From: Fidelibacterota bacterium
GTDB taxonomy: Bacteria; Fidelibacterota; UBA8477; JABMPR01
Reading direction: 5' to 3'
Assembly: GCA_029939675.1 (NCBI GenBank)
Contig: JAOZSM010000004.1
Coordinates: 1-34,395 of the forward strand
Length of the DNA stretch: 34,395 bases
This document shows, one piece after another, positions 24,688 to 33,338 of the stretch. The notes beneath the pieces are model-generated. The model worked only from the letters and a program-made list of their open reading frames with translations. It was not told the origin of the DNA and did no database searches. Numbering within the stretch: the stretch's first letter is position 1; every line of letters begins with the position of its first letter. Position numbers and translations under genes: made by a program.

Positions 24688-25215
24688 CTATTGCAGTAAT
24701 AATTTGATATAGTACATACTATCAACTTTACCGGTATTAAGATGCGAGTTAAGCATCCTGGTCAATTCCCGCCGGGATCGCTCTTGAAATCCCAGATCAA
24801 GAACATGTTGAGCAGTCTGTCGGCGTAGATAGCGAATAAACTCATCACGAATCTGAGCTTCACGTAAGATAATTTCATCGATCACAGTTTGATCCTTGAC
24901 TTCTAAGGCCACCTCAGCAATAACGTAGCGTCGGCCTCCAGAGCCCAGGGTATTAACCGTAATATTGTCAATAATATGGATCAATCCCATTGTAGCAACT
25001 TTATTTTTGGCCTGTTCGATAGCTTCAATTTCCTTGGCGGCTTTATAAGCTTGATATTTTGGAAGCAACAGACTCTTTGAGACAAAAAAAGCTGCGACAG
25101 AAAGAATGATCAACACGATAATGATAATGATGATCTTGATAACTGGAGATACACCTCCAGATGATTCTTCCAATATTTCTTCCTGTTCAAGATCTTGAGG
25201 GGTTTCTTCAGCCAT
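24688..25215 (-). CDS. fliL: Flagellar basal-body-associated protein FliL
   Basis: The ORF track gives 24688..25263. I prefer ATG 25215 (MAEETPQD..) because of a strong SD AAAGGAG 6 nt upstream. Single TM (IKIIIIIIVLIILSVAAFFV), then the FliL core NITVNTLGSGGRRYVIAEVALEV..IRDEFIRYL. Confidence 0.8.
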   Translation of the reverse strand: MAEETPQDLEQEEILEESSGGVSPVIKIIIIIIVLIILSVAAFFVSKSLLLPKYQAYKAAKEIEAIEQAKNKVATMGLIHIIDNITVNTLGSGGRRYVIAEVALEVKDQTVIDEIILREAQIRDEFIRYLRRQTAQHVLDLGFQERSRRELTRMLNSHLNTGKVDSMYYIKLLLQ

Positions 25216-25303
25216 GGGTACTCCTTTAGTCAATCCTCGTGATATCTCGAGGGCACTCATCATTTTTTAAACATAGATTATGCATAATCATGTCGTGTTT
25301 TTT

Positions 25304-25318
25304 CCAAATAATATGCCA
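25304..25318 (-). promoter_or_regulatory. Possible second sigma-54-type promoter upstream of fliL (imperfect -12)
   Basis: The minus strand reads TGGCAT-ATTAT-TTGG, so the -12 element is GG rather than GC. It shares the 8-mer CATGGCAT with the 10296-10310 element. It would give a leader of about 78 nt before ATG 25215. Confidence 0.3.
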
Positions 25319-25707
25319 TGAATATTTTTTCACCGTTATCCTGTGCAATAATTAACCGATAGCGATGGTATTGTTGGTTAATCTGACCTAAATACCCCAT
25401 AACACGTATCTGTTACCGGTTGATTATTATATGGTATCACAATTTAATATACCAACTGATGTACTGTATCATGTTGAGTATCAGACCATTACGCGATTTG
25501 TAAAAATCCATAAACACTGATCACTGCTTCTATCCCGCTCCAGGCTCAGCATTTTATCCTAAGGGAGAGTATTTATGTGTTTTGATCTGCTACCGACCCC
25601 ATGGAATTCTGTTTAAGCTAGACTAGCGGAATATTTTTCCCGTTTTAATGATAATTTTCCTGAAAGGTTTGGGCCTGAATTCCACATAAAGCACAGCATT
25701 TCCTGGC

Positions 25708-25734
25708 AAAAAAAAATGCCCCGATCGGGGCATT
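25708..25734 (-). terminator. Rho-independent terminator after motB
   Basis: The minus strand reads AATGCCCC-GATC-GGGGCATT followed by TTTTTTT. This is an 8-bp GC-rich stem, a 4-nt loop and a U-tract, located 20 nt after the motB stop. Confidence 0.85.
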
Positions 25735-25754
25735 CATGGGCTAATAATTAAAAT

Positions 25755-26477
25755 CTAATCTAAATAATCAAGTTCCGGGACTGCCCAGGTCACAGAAAAT
25801 TCAACTCGACGGTTGATCTTACGAAACTCTGGAGAGTCATTTGGTACAATGGGGCGATACTCTCCGAAAGCAGTTGCTGCCAGGATCTCAGGTTTAATGC
25901 CAGCCTCTTCAATCAGATAGTTCACAACACTCATGGCTCGAGCTCCTGATAATTCCCAATTAGAGGGGTACTTTTTGGAATTGATGGGGACATTATCAGT
26001 ATGGCCGGAAATCACTATATCAGCCGCATGATCCTTGGTTGCATCGGCAACCAATTTCAAAATAGGATAAGCCTCAATTTTCAGTTTAGCATTCCCTGAA
26101 GTGAATAGCAGTTTGCTTCCCATTTTTATCATTAATCCATTTTTTATTGATTCAACCGTAATGTCACCATCATTTATCTCATTAGCTATCTGTTCTTCAA
26201 ATTCTTGTATTTTTTCATAAATCTCAGATCGAATAAGCATATCATCCTCACCACCAGGAGCTTCCTGCATCATCTGCATTTCAACTTTGTATTCTTCAAG
26301 AACTCCCAATGCTCCTTGAAGTGATTTTGCAGCCAAGGCCCATTTTCTTTCATCCATATTGGCATAAGAGATCATGAGAATAAAAAAACACAGCAACAGA
26401 GTGACCATATCACCATACGTGGCCATCCAAAATGGTGCTGTTGGCTCATCATCAACTTCTGCAACTTTTTTCCTCAT
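25755..26477 (-). CDS. motB: Flagellar stator protein MotB (OmpA-like peptidoglycan-binding C-terminus)
   Basis: 240 aa. WMATYGDMVTLLLCFFILM carries the conserved channel Asp. C-terminus: GHTDNVPI..SNWELSGARAMSVVNYL..NRRVEF. Confidence 0.9.
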   Translation of the reverse strand: MRKKVAEVDDEPTAPFWMATYGDMVTLLLCFFILMISYANMDERKWALAAKSLQGALGVLEEYKVEMQMMQEAPGGEDDMLIRSEIYEKIQEFEEQIANEINDGDITVESIKNGLMIKMGSKLLFTSGNAKLKIEAYPILKLVADATKDHAADIVISGHTDNVPINSKKYPSNWELSGARAMSVVNYLIEEAGIKPEILAATAFGEYRPIVPNDSPEFRKINRRVEFSVTWAVPELDYLD

Positions 26478-26478
26478 C

Positions 26479-27252
26479 TTAATCCTCTTCCTCTTCTTCT
26501 GGGCGATTCTTAGGGGCTATAAAATTCAATAGTTTACGGTGTATGTTTTTGGGATGCTCACCATATTGAATAGCCAAAACGCCTTCAATAATCATCTCTT
26601 TTCTGACCGTTTCCTCTTCAGATCGATTGGATAATTTTCCGGCAATGGGTAGAAAGAAGAGATTCGCGAAGAGCGATCCATAAAAGGTCGTAATCAAAGC
26701 AACTGACATGCCTCCACCAATATTTGAAGGGTCATCCAAATTCTGGAGCATGGCAATCAGGCCGATCAAGGTACCGATCATACCAAAGGATGGGGCGTAC
26801 ATTCCCAGTGATGAAAAAATCTGTTTACCTCGTTTATGCCTCTCAACCAGGTATTGCAGCTCGGTCTCCAGCACACTTCGAATGGTTTCCGGTTCAGATC
26901 CATCAACAGCCATTTCCAAACCAGCACGCATAAAATCATCTTCAATGTTTCCCAGCTCTCGATCAATTGCCAGGATACCTTCCCGTCGGGCCTTCTTGGC
27001 CAGATCGACAAATTGTTCAATAATCTCAGGTTCTTTGGCTTCCTCTACTCTGAAAGCATTACCCACAACTTTCATTGTACTGATGAGATCACTGAGGGGC
27101 GTATGCACCAGAGTGGCTGCAATAGAGCCTCCCACCACCACGGCTAAAGAGGGAATATGGATGAAAATACCAGCATCTCCCCCGCCACTCAGGATAGTGA
27201 AAATCACCAATCCCATTCCAATTATGATTCCCAGTATTGTTGCCAGATCCAT
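26479..27252 (-). CDS. motA: Flagellar stator protein MotA
   Basis: 257 aa with the four-TM MotA/TolQ/ExbB layout. MYAPSFGMIGTLIGLIAML..GMSVALITTFYGSLFANLFFLPIAGKL. Confidence 0.95.
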   Translation of the reverse strand: MDLATILGIIIGMGLVIFTILSGGGDAGIFIHIPSLAVVVGGSIAATLVHTPLSDLISTMKVVGNAFRVEEAKEPEIIEQFVDLAKKARREGILAIDRELGNIEDDFMRAGLEMAVDGSEPETIRSVLETELQYLVERHKRGKQIFSSLGMYAPSFGMIGTLIGLIAMLQNLDDPSNIGGGMSVALITTFYGSLFANLFFLPIAGKLSNRSEEETVRKEMIIEGVLAIQYGEHPKNIHRKLLNFIAPKNRPEEEEED

Positions 27253-27285
27253 CTAGCGACACCTTTCTTGTTTTCGTAACAGGTG

Positions 27286-27320
27286 GAGGGTGGTTTCGCG
27301 CTAATAGCGAGACCACCCTC
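27286..27320 (-). other. Strong intercistronic stem-loop between flgE and motA (no U-tract)
   Basis: GAGGGTGGT pairs with ACCACCCTC (9 bp). An inner TCGC/GCGA stem gives about 14 bp in total around a 7-nt loop. On the minus strand it is followed by CACCTGTTACG, so it is not a canonical terminator. Confidence 0.5.
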
Positions 27321-27353
27321 ATAACCATCAAACATTTGTCAAATCACGTTGAA

Positions 27354-28979
27354 TTAGAGACCTAACTTGGTTGAGTCCTGGATCACCTGGTTCAGCGTGG
27401 AAAGCACACGACTTGATGCCTGAAATGCCCGCTGAGCCTCAATGATCTGGGAGAACTGTTCAGCAATGTCTACATTGGAAAGTTCCAGATAGCCTTGTTC
27501 AACGGTTGAACCGAACTCATCTGCTTTACCAATGTTTACATCACCACTCTTAATCGTCTCTATAAAGTTACTACCAGTAACTTTTGCCAGGGCACTGGGA
27601 TTGGTGAACTCACCCACAGCAAGTTGAGCTAACTTGAGACTCACACCATTGCTAAAGCTACCCATGATCGCCCCATCTTCTTCAACTTCAAACCCAGTCA
27701 ATTCACCCGTTGCCCGTCCATCATGCTTGCGGACTGATAGAGTGGAGTTGGAGTTAAACTGAGTAATACCCGTAAACTGATTACTTCCACTAACATGAAC
27801 TTGGAGAGCTACGTTCGCCCCACCATTCACTGGTTCCATTTCAATCCGACTATATCCATTGTCGTAGACAAACGAAGTAACTTGACCTACATCGTTAAAA
27901 TAGATCGAGCCAGTTGAGTTGGCTGGATCGATGACTTCGTCACCAGAAGGGGTGACACTCCAGGTCCACTGACCAGGAAGCTCCGTTTTGGTAAATTCAA
28001 ATACCAGGTTGTGACTTTCGCCCAGGGTGTCATAAATAACAGCAGAGGTAGAAACCCGACCGGTAAAGCCTTCTGATGTTTCCTCATAATAAGGAATGGA
28101 GATAGCTCCTGTATTAGAAGGATTTGCGTACATGTTCAGGGATGTTTCACTATCACCAGGAACTTTATCTGTCATGACAATTTCACCATTCACCAGTTCA
28201 GCATTAGCGAAATCACCCCAGCCATTGTAGATACCTGTTACTGGATCTTTTCCGGTGGCGTTGATAATCGCTAACAAATCACCCAGAGTAGTCCCGTCAT
28301 TTCCAGCACCATAAGTAAAGATTGTCTCTATGGTAGAACCATCCTTGGCACTTCCGTTGATAACAATGACATCTCCATCTGCCAATTGCTCAGTTGACGA
28401 GGTCTCATCCAAATCATTCAGCTCTGTGGTACTCTCTGCTGGTGTTACAGTCCCACGTTGTGTAAATGGAAATCCTGCTGTCCATTTCTGGGCAATGGGG
28501 ACCAATCCAGAGGAAAGGTTACCAGACAGCCATAAATTTTTGGATGCCAGTGCTTCTGCCTTCAAATTGCTATCCAGATGGATATCTTCAAGATTGGCAA
28601 GAGTTTGGACTTCTTCAACACCATTGATATTGGACATCCAACCTTGCACAGTATAGCCACTACTATTGACCAATGCTCCCTCCTGATCAAAGAAGAAAGC
28701 GCCAGCTCGCGTGAAATAACGGTCATCATCCGGAGTATCCACGATGAAAAAACTCTCACCACGAATAGCCAGATCTGTCTGAAAACCGGTGGCTTCTAAA
28801 TCACCCTGTTTGAAAGGGGTGTATTCAACATCGATAACCTGTCCCAAAGCTTCCAGGAAAGTCATGCGACTGGCTTTGTATCCAACTGTGTTAATATTTG
28901 CAACATTGCTTCCGAGGAGTTCGATTGTCCTCATTTGTCCTTGTAAACCTGCTAATGCTGACGATAATGCTTGACTCAT
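27354..28979 (-). CDS. flgE: Flagellar hook protein FlgE
   Basis: 541 aa. N-terminus SSALAGLQGQMRTIELLGSNVANINTVGYKASR. C-terminus GYLELSNVDIAEQFSQIIEAQRAFQASSRVLSTLNQV. The central region is enlarged. Confidence 0.95.
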   Translation of the reverse strand: MSQALSSALAGLQGQMRTIELLGSNVANINTVGYKASRMTFLEALGQVIDVEYTPFKQGDLEATGFQTDLAIRGESFFIVDTPDDDRYFTRAGAFFFDQEGALVNSSGYTVQGWMSNINGVEEVQTLANLEDIHLDSNLKAEALASKNLWLSGNLSSGLVPIAQKWTAGFPFTQRGTVTPAESTTELNDLDETSSTEQLADGDVIVINGSAKDGSTIETIFTYGAGNDGTTLGDLLAIINATGKDPVTGIYNGWGDFANAELVNGEIVMTDKVPGDSETSLNMYANPSNTGAISIPYYEETSEGFTGRVSTSAVIYDTLGESHNLVFEFTKTELPGQWTWSVTPSGDEVIDPANSTGSIYFNDVGQVTSFVYDNGYSRIEMEPVNGGANVALQVHVSGSNQFTGITQFNSNSTLSVRKHDGRATGELTGFEVEEDGAIMGSFSNGVSLKLAQLAVGEFTNPSALAKVTGSNFIETIKSGDVNIGKADEFGSTVEQGYLELSNVDIAEQFSQIIEAQRAFQASSRVLSTLNQVIQDSTKLGL

Positions 28980-29049
28980 TGTTTCCTTTCCTGACCCACG
29001 TCTGTCATTCGGTGGATCGGGGTCTCCCGTTAGGGTCCAACCCGGTTAT

Positions 29050-29463
29050 TTAAACGATCGCAACGCTATCTATATTGGAGAATACGTTCCCCTGGGCTGC
29101 GTCTTTATCTAGTGCGGTAATTACGGTATTATTCTTGACGCTCACCACGTAAGCCATTTCATCCACCAGGATGAGTGATGACATCGCGCCTTTTTCACGG
29201 GCTTTTTCAAAACCACTATTCAACCGATCCAATTCAACTTGAGTTGGATGCATACCCCGATCCTGCATTCGCCGGATAGCGTGGGCACTGAATTTGAGTT
29301 CTGTCTGCTCCGCAACTTTCTGGTTCAGAATATCATTAAACGTTCTCTGACCATCCTGAACTTTTCCAGAACCCGAGTTTGTCGGATGCTGTTTGACCCT
29401 TTGGATCTGATCTGGTCTGAGTGGCAAGCCACCCTGTCTAATTTGAAGTTCAGCGAGTTTCAT
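29050..29463 (-). CDS. Flagellar operon protein of the family found between flgD and flgE in Firmicutes/spirochetes (TIGR02530-like)
   Basis: 137 aa. LKFSAHAIRRMQDRGM..LNSGFEKAREKGAMSSLILVDEMAYVVSVKNNTVITALDKD..VFSNIDSVAIV matches my recollection of this family's conserved blocks. The flgD/flgE position also fits. Confidence 0.65.
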   Translation of the reverse strand: MKLAELQIRQGGLPLRPDQIQRVKQHPTNSGSGKVQDGQRTFNDILNQKVAEQTELKFSAHAIRRMQDRGMHPTQVELDRLNSGFEKAREKGAMSSLILVDEMAYVVSVKNNTVITALDKDAAQGNVFSNIDSVAIV

Positions 29464-29466
29464 AGG

Positions 29467-30225
29467 CTAACCCTGATCCGTTTGCTCTGAATCTTCAGGA
29501 TCTTCGGGATCCTCAGGTATTTCCTCGACGATTGTTTCAGAAGCTGGCTGGGCGAGCTCTAATACCGCTGAGAAGGGAACTTCTCTTCCACTAACGATAA
29601 ATATGGCTCCGCCAGTACCATAACTCACAGCATCGATCACTCCGTATAAAACGGTGTCAACAGCGATTTTCTCGCCGGCTGAGTTAAAGGCATCAACCGA
29701 AAAATTGTACTGGCCTGGAGGGACATCCACGCCATTATTATTTTTCCCATCCCAGGTGACCATGTTCTCACCGACTGGTAACGGATCCATTGAGATCGTT
29801 CGAATCACCGTTCCAGCAGCATCCTTGACCGAGACTGTAATGTCATCGGCCGGCAATCCTAAGTCGAAATTCAGTTCAACCGATTCACCAGGATCTTTGA
29901 CGTTGATAACATCGCCAATGGCTTTGACTTCTTTACCAATCATGGTGGCTGCCATGGTGTTGTTAATGGTCTGGGCCAACATGAGATTGGTTTCAACTCC
30001 CTGCGTGGAAGTCGAGTTCAAGTTTTGCAGTTCTTCCAAAGAGGTAAATTCTGCCAATTGAGAAGCAAACTGTTGACTATCCTGGGGTTCCATGGGATCC
30101 TGGTGCTGTAATTGAACAATTAACAGTTCCAGGAAATCCGATTGAGAGATACCCCCAATGTTCTTGTCAGGTGCATCGAACATGGTGTTACCAGCACCGG
30201 CTGTCAGACTTGCTATATCTGGCAT
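29467..30225 (-). CDS. flgD: Flagellar hook capping/assembly protein FlgD
   Basis: 252 aa. SQSDFLELLIVQLQHQDPMEPQDSQQFASQLAEFTSLEELQNL, then an Ig-like FlgD domain (VTWDGKNNNGVDVPPGQYNFSV). The acidic C-terminal tail carries (PED)x3. Confidence 0.9.
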   Translation of the reverse strand: MPDIASLTAGAGNTMFDAPDKNIGGISQSDFLELLIVQLQHQDPMEPQDSQQFASQLAEFTSLEELQNLNSTSTQGVETNLMLAQTINNTMAATMIGKEVKAIGDVINVKDPGESVELNFDLGLPADDITVSVKDAAGTVIRTISMDPLPVGENMVTWDGKNNNGVDVPPGQYNFSVDAFNSAGEKIAVDTVLYGVIDAVSYGTGGAIFIVSGREVPFSAVLELAQPASETIVEEIPEDPEDPEDSEQTDQG

Positions 30226-30240
30226 AACATTCTCCTTTCT

Positions 30241-32769
30241 TTAGGCCAACACTTCCATAGTGTTGTAGCCATAGTTACGGTTTGTTGTTGCTTGATTGTC
30301 TTCACTCACTGCTTGCTCAAGCAGTGCTTCTTCATGTTCCTCCGATCGAGATTGCCCCTGCTTCCTTTCAGCAGCAGATTCGCTCTCTTTCTGATTATTC
30401 CTTACTTCAACTTCCAATCCGGAGAAATTGAACCCCCTCTGTTGAAGATTTTCCTCGATTTGAGGCATAATTTTCTGCATATCCTGTTTGGAGCCATCAT
30501 TATCTACATAGACAGTGATCTGTTCCTTGGCAGCTTTCTGATTAAACTCAATATCCAACTCACCCATGTTTCCAGCATCCACCACAAATCTGGTTATGGA
30601 TCCGGAATCTTTAGCAATTATCTGACTGTTGATATCACGGATCTTCTCAACCATTTCAGCGGCAAAGGTTCGGGCAAACAGCTGTCCGTTTGATCTTGGA
30701 TGAGGCAGGATGCTTGTTGAATGTTCTGGTACAAATCCTGCACCCGGAGTCATTTTCATTGACATATTTCGGTGTAGATTTTGACTCAGTAATTGTTCCG
30801 ACTCTGGTGTAATCGAATTCTGGATATTTTTTAGAACTTCTATTCTATCGCGCAGCTGCTGCTTGAGCGAATCTGCCGGTGATTCCTCATCTATTTCCAG
30901 TATTTTTCCTTTTAAGGCTTCCAAGCCATAGTTCTCAGCCATCTGCTGGGTTCTTTTGGAACTGTGATGGTGCTTTGCTGTAACAGTTTTAACCTGAATT
31001 TCTGGTTGATTTACACGCTGTTTCTTTATGGTTTGCTTATTGGATTTGAGCTGATTGACCTGCAATACCGGTGCTGCTACTTGGGCATCACCACTCTGGC
31101 TAACACTTTTTACCTGATCCAGGATCTGGTCCTGATTGACGAGTTTCGTATCCGCCTGGATGTCGATTCTTTTTTTCAATTGCTCCAATGGCTCAGGAAT
31201 TGTTACCTGATTTGCAGAAATCTTGATTGGCTGTTGCGGTGCACGATGACTATTTTTCTGTGCGCCTGCTGTTGCCTGTGCTACGGGACCCCGCCTACTA
31301 TTTCTACTACGAACAGGAGCTGGTTTAGTAAAAAGAGTGACCTGCTCAGCCCGTTGATCTTTTTGCTCGATCCGCTGGCTTCCTAAATCCTCAAGAACTG
31401 GTTTAGCCTGCTCCCTGTCCACAGGTGGCAGCTGATCTGTTTCTACTACCTTGCGCACTTCAGCAACAGGTATCCGGCTTACAATAACTTCAGGCTGTCT
31501 TCTGTCGGGAGTTGTTTTAACATCCTGTCTTTCCGGGGTGTTGACAACCATTTTTTGGCGTGATTCAGGTACTACCCTGGCCCTACTAATATTTTCTGGT
31601 GCTGGGCGATCGACGACTGGACGCTTTTCAGAAAACTTTTGCGATGGGGCTGGTATTGGTTTCGGATCCACTGTCTGTTTCAGGTTCTTCGAGATTTCAG
31701 CTTTATGTTGTACAACCGGTTCAGCTGTTTTCCTCTGATCCACTGTCCTAAGGACATTCTCCTGGACTTTGGTTTTTCTGTAAAATTGTTTAACGTCAGC
31801 AGCCTTTTTCACAACAACCTGTTTTTGGGGTTCCCGTACAGGATTTGAAATAGCTGGATCAATGGTTAATTTTGGTCGAACTTTAATAGTTTCAGATGTA
31901 TTGTCAACTCTGCTTCGATTCATTTTAACAGAAGGCACTGGATTAACATCTGGCGTGCGCAGTTTAGGCGCTAGTTCTATCTGTTTCCCAATATTTTTTA
32001 CTGCTTTGGGCACGATATCCTTTTCACCGGATACAGGCTGTTTTACTGCTGGTGTTTGTGCAGGTTGCTTGACCTGAATTTCACCACTCACTTTGGGTAA
32101 GCCTGCCTTTTTTACAGCAGGGGCAATATTTCCATCAATAATTTTGGGATTTGTATGCCTAATATTTTCTTCAGCATTGGCTACTTTGGCCCCTTCTGGA
32201 GCTGTAACCCTGGCAACCAGAGCTTCAATTGGCAGGGTCACATCACTGCCATTGAGTTTAAGATTATCCGCACCCAATTTCAGGGCATCCTCGACCATAT
32301 TTTCTAGTGCAATGACAGGCGTTTCTTCTGGATGCAATTTTTCAGCTGGTTTGGTCGGATTAGATTTATCGGTCTGTGATTCCGGTTTAGAAAGATTGGA
32401 CTTACCTGCCTGCGATGTTGTTTTAGCATGCTCAGTAGGAGCAATATCTTTTGCATCAGGTAAATTTTCTGTAGTTGCTTCAGCAGGGGCTTTTGGGGCT
32501 GGTTCATCGCTTGCGCTCTTCAGCTTGCGAGTGTCCAAAATTGGCTTTGCTTTAAGCGGAACTTTTTTACTCCGTTTGCCTGCTTGAGTATTATTAAACA
32601 TTGCGAGCTGCTGTACTTTTTTTGATACAGTTTCAGCTACTTCCTTATCTGAGTTCGGTTTTAATAAATCATCAAAAGGAAATTCACTGGTCACATGCTG
32701 TTTGCCAATACCATTTAACTTTTCCGTTTTAGGATTAGCTGGTTCAATGATTGGTATTTCGTGTGTCAT
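30241..32769 (-). CDS. fliK: Flagellar hook-length control protein FliK, unusually long (842 aa)
   Basis: The C-terminal Flg_hook-like domain (SITRFVVDAGNMGELDIEFNQKAAKEQITVYVDNDGSKQDMQKIMPQIEENLQQRGFNFSGLEVEV) is preceded by about 650 aa of K/P/Q/V/T-rich low-complexity sequence. It occupies the fliK position between the ylxF-like gene and flgD. Confidence 0.8.
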   Translation of the reverse strand: MTHEIPIIEPANPKTEKLNGIGKQHVTSEFPFDDLLKPNSDKEVAETVSKKVQQLAMFNNTQAGKRSKKVPLKAKPILDTRKLKSASDEPAPKAPAEATTENLPDAKDIAPTEHAKTTSQAGKSNLSKPESQTDKSNPTKPAEKLHPEETPVIALENMVEDALKLGADNLKLNGSDVTLPIEALVARVTAPEGAKVANAEENIRHTNPKIIDGNIAPAVKKAGLPKVSGEIQVKQPAQTPAVKQPVSGEKDIVPKAVKNIGKQIELAPKLRTPDVNPVPSVKMNRSRVDNTSETIKVRPKLTIDPAISNPVREPQKQVVVKKAADVKQFYRKTKVQENVLRTVDQRKTAEPVVQHKAEISKNLKQTVDPKPIPAPSQKFSEKRPVVDRPAPENISRARVVPESRQKMVVNTPERQDVKTTPDRRQPEVIVSRIPVAEVRKVVETDQLPPVDREQAKPVLEDLGSQRIEQKDQRAEQVTLFTKPAPVRSRNSRRGPVAQATAGAQKNSHRAPQQPIKISANQVTIPEPLEQLKKRIDIQADTKLVNQDQILDQVKSVSQSGDAQVAAPVLQVNQLKSNKQTIKKQRVNQPEIQVKTVTAKHHHSSKRTQQMAENYGLEALKGKILEIDEESPADSLKQQLRDRIEVLKNIQNSITPESEQLLSQNLHRNMSMKMTPGAGFVPEHSTSILPHPRSNGQLFARTFAAEMVEKIRDINSQIIAKDSGSITRFVVDAGNMGELDIEFNQKAAKEQITVYVDNDGSKQDMQKIMPQIEENLQQRGFNFSGLEVEVRNNQKESESAAERKQGQSRSEEHEEALLEQAVSEDNQATTNRNYGYNTMEVLA

Positions 32770-33338
32770 GATGATGACTCCGCCAGTTTTGTGGTTATCT
32801 GAGCTGCTCGCGAACTGCTCAGTGCCTGTATTAAATTTTTCCGGGTACGACTGCCCATATTCTTATATAAAGCAATGATTGTGGCATCACTTACCTTCTC
32901 CAGGATCGGTCTGATCTCGGCCACTTTCATGGTCTCATATGTTTTGGCTAAATCCTTGATGGATATATTATTTGTCTTAAGCGTCTGAATATTATCGTTA
33001 AGAGATTTGACCTGCGTCTGGTATTTGGTTACCAGATCTTCTTTGGAACCAAGCTGTTCATTCAGGCTATCAATAGTAACTCTCATGAAGAAAAGATCGC
33101 CAATCTGCTGATCAATGATGATCTGTAAGGAATCTGCTATGGTTATTTTCTTTCCTTTGGTTTTGGTAGAATCAGAATCAGCTATCTCCGGTGTAGTGTG
33201 AACTTTTTTTTGCTCTAATTTGATCTGCTTAATTTCATCTGGACTGGGCGTCATGTAGGTCAAACCCACAAAGGCTAACCCGATAAAAACAATAAAGAGC
33301 ACAATAAATATTGAAGACCACATGATTACTTGTTTCAT
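32766..33338 (-). CDS. Membrane-anchored flagellar protein, positional and sequence-pattern equivalent of YlxF/FlbB/MotE-like proteins
   Basis: 190 aa. N-terminal TM (WSSIFIVLFIVFIGLAFVGL), a coiled coil, and a C-terminal MgtE_N/MotE-like helical segment LAKTYETMKVAEIRPILEKVSDATIIALYKNMGSRTRKNLIQAL. It lies between fliJ and fliK, as ylxF does in B. subtilis. Confidence 0.55.
   Translation of the reverse strand: MKQVIMWSSIFIVLFIVFIGLAFVGLTYMTPSPDEIKQIKLEQKKVHTTPEIADSDSTKTKGKKITIADSLQIIIDQQIGDLFFMRVTIDSLNEQLGSKEDLVTKYQTQVKSLNDNIQTLKTNNISIKDLAKTYETMKVAEIRPILEKVSDATIIALYKNMGSRTRKNLIQALSSSRAAQITTKLAESSS

Noticed and set aside
25278-25400. 40-aa minus-strand ORF (MGYLGQINQQYHRYRLIIAQDNGEKIFMAYYLEKTRHDYA) in the motB-fliL gap
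   Set aside because: It has no Shine-Dalgarno sequence and no recognisable family. It also overlaps the candidate promoter elements, so it is most likely a chance ORF in AT-rich DNA.
25575-25616. 13-aa plus-strand micro-ORF (MCFDLLPTPWNSV) preceded by a good SD (AGGGAGAG)
   Set aside because: It lies on the strand opposite every gene in the window. It is too short to evaluate and nothing follows it on the plus strand. It would be worth checking only if ribosome profiling data exist.
25264-25707. Riboswitch (for example c-di-GMP GEMM) or known sRNA in the long fliL leader region
   Set aside because: I could not match the conserved cores of riboswitch classes I know by eye. An Infernal/Rfam scan is needed before any claim.
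26708-27256. 182-aa plus-strand ORF, and similar long plus ORFs at 30142..30693, 32093..32587, 12854..13258, 7756..8142 and 11673..12032
   Set aside because: All lie antisense to confidently identified minus-strand genes (motA, fliK, kinase, flgH and others). Their Ser/Pro/Arg-rich composition is typical of shadow frames, and none has a plausible ribosome-binding site or an operon context.
29489-29520. Imperfect 9-bp tandem repeat (ggatcttca/ggatcttcg/ggatcctca) at the 3' end of flgD
   Set aside because: It encodes the acidic (PED)x3 tail of FlgD. This is a short coding repeat with no evidence of regulatory or variable function.
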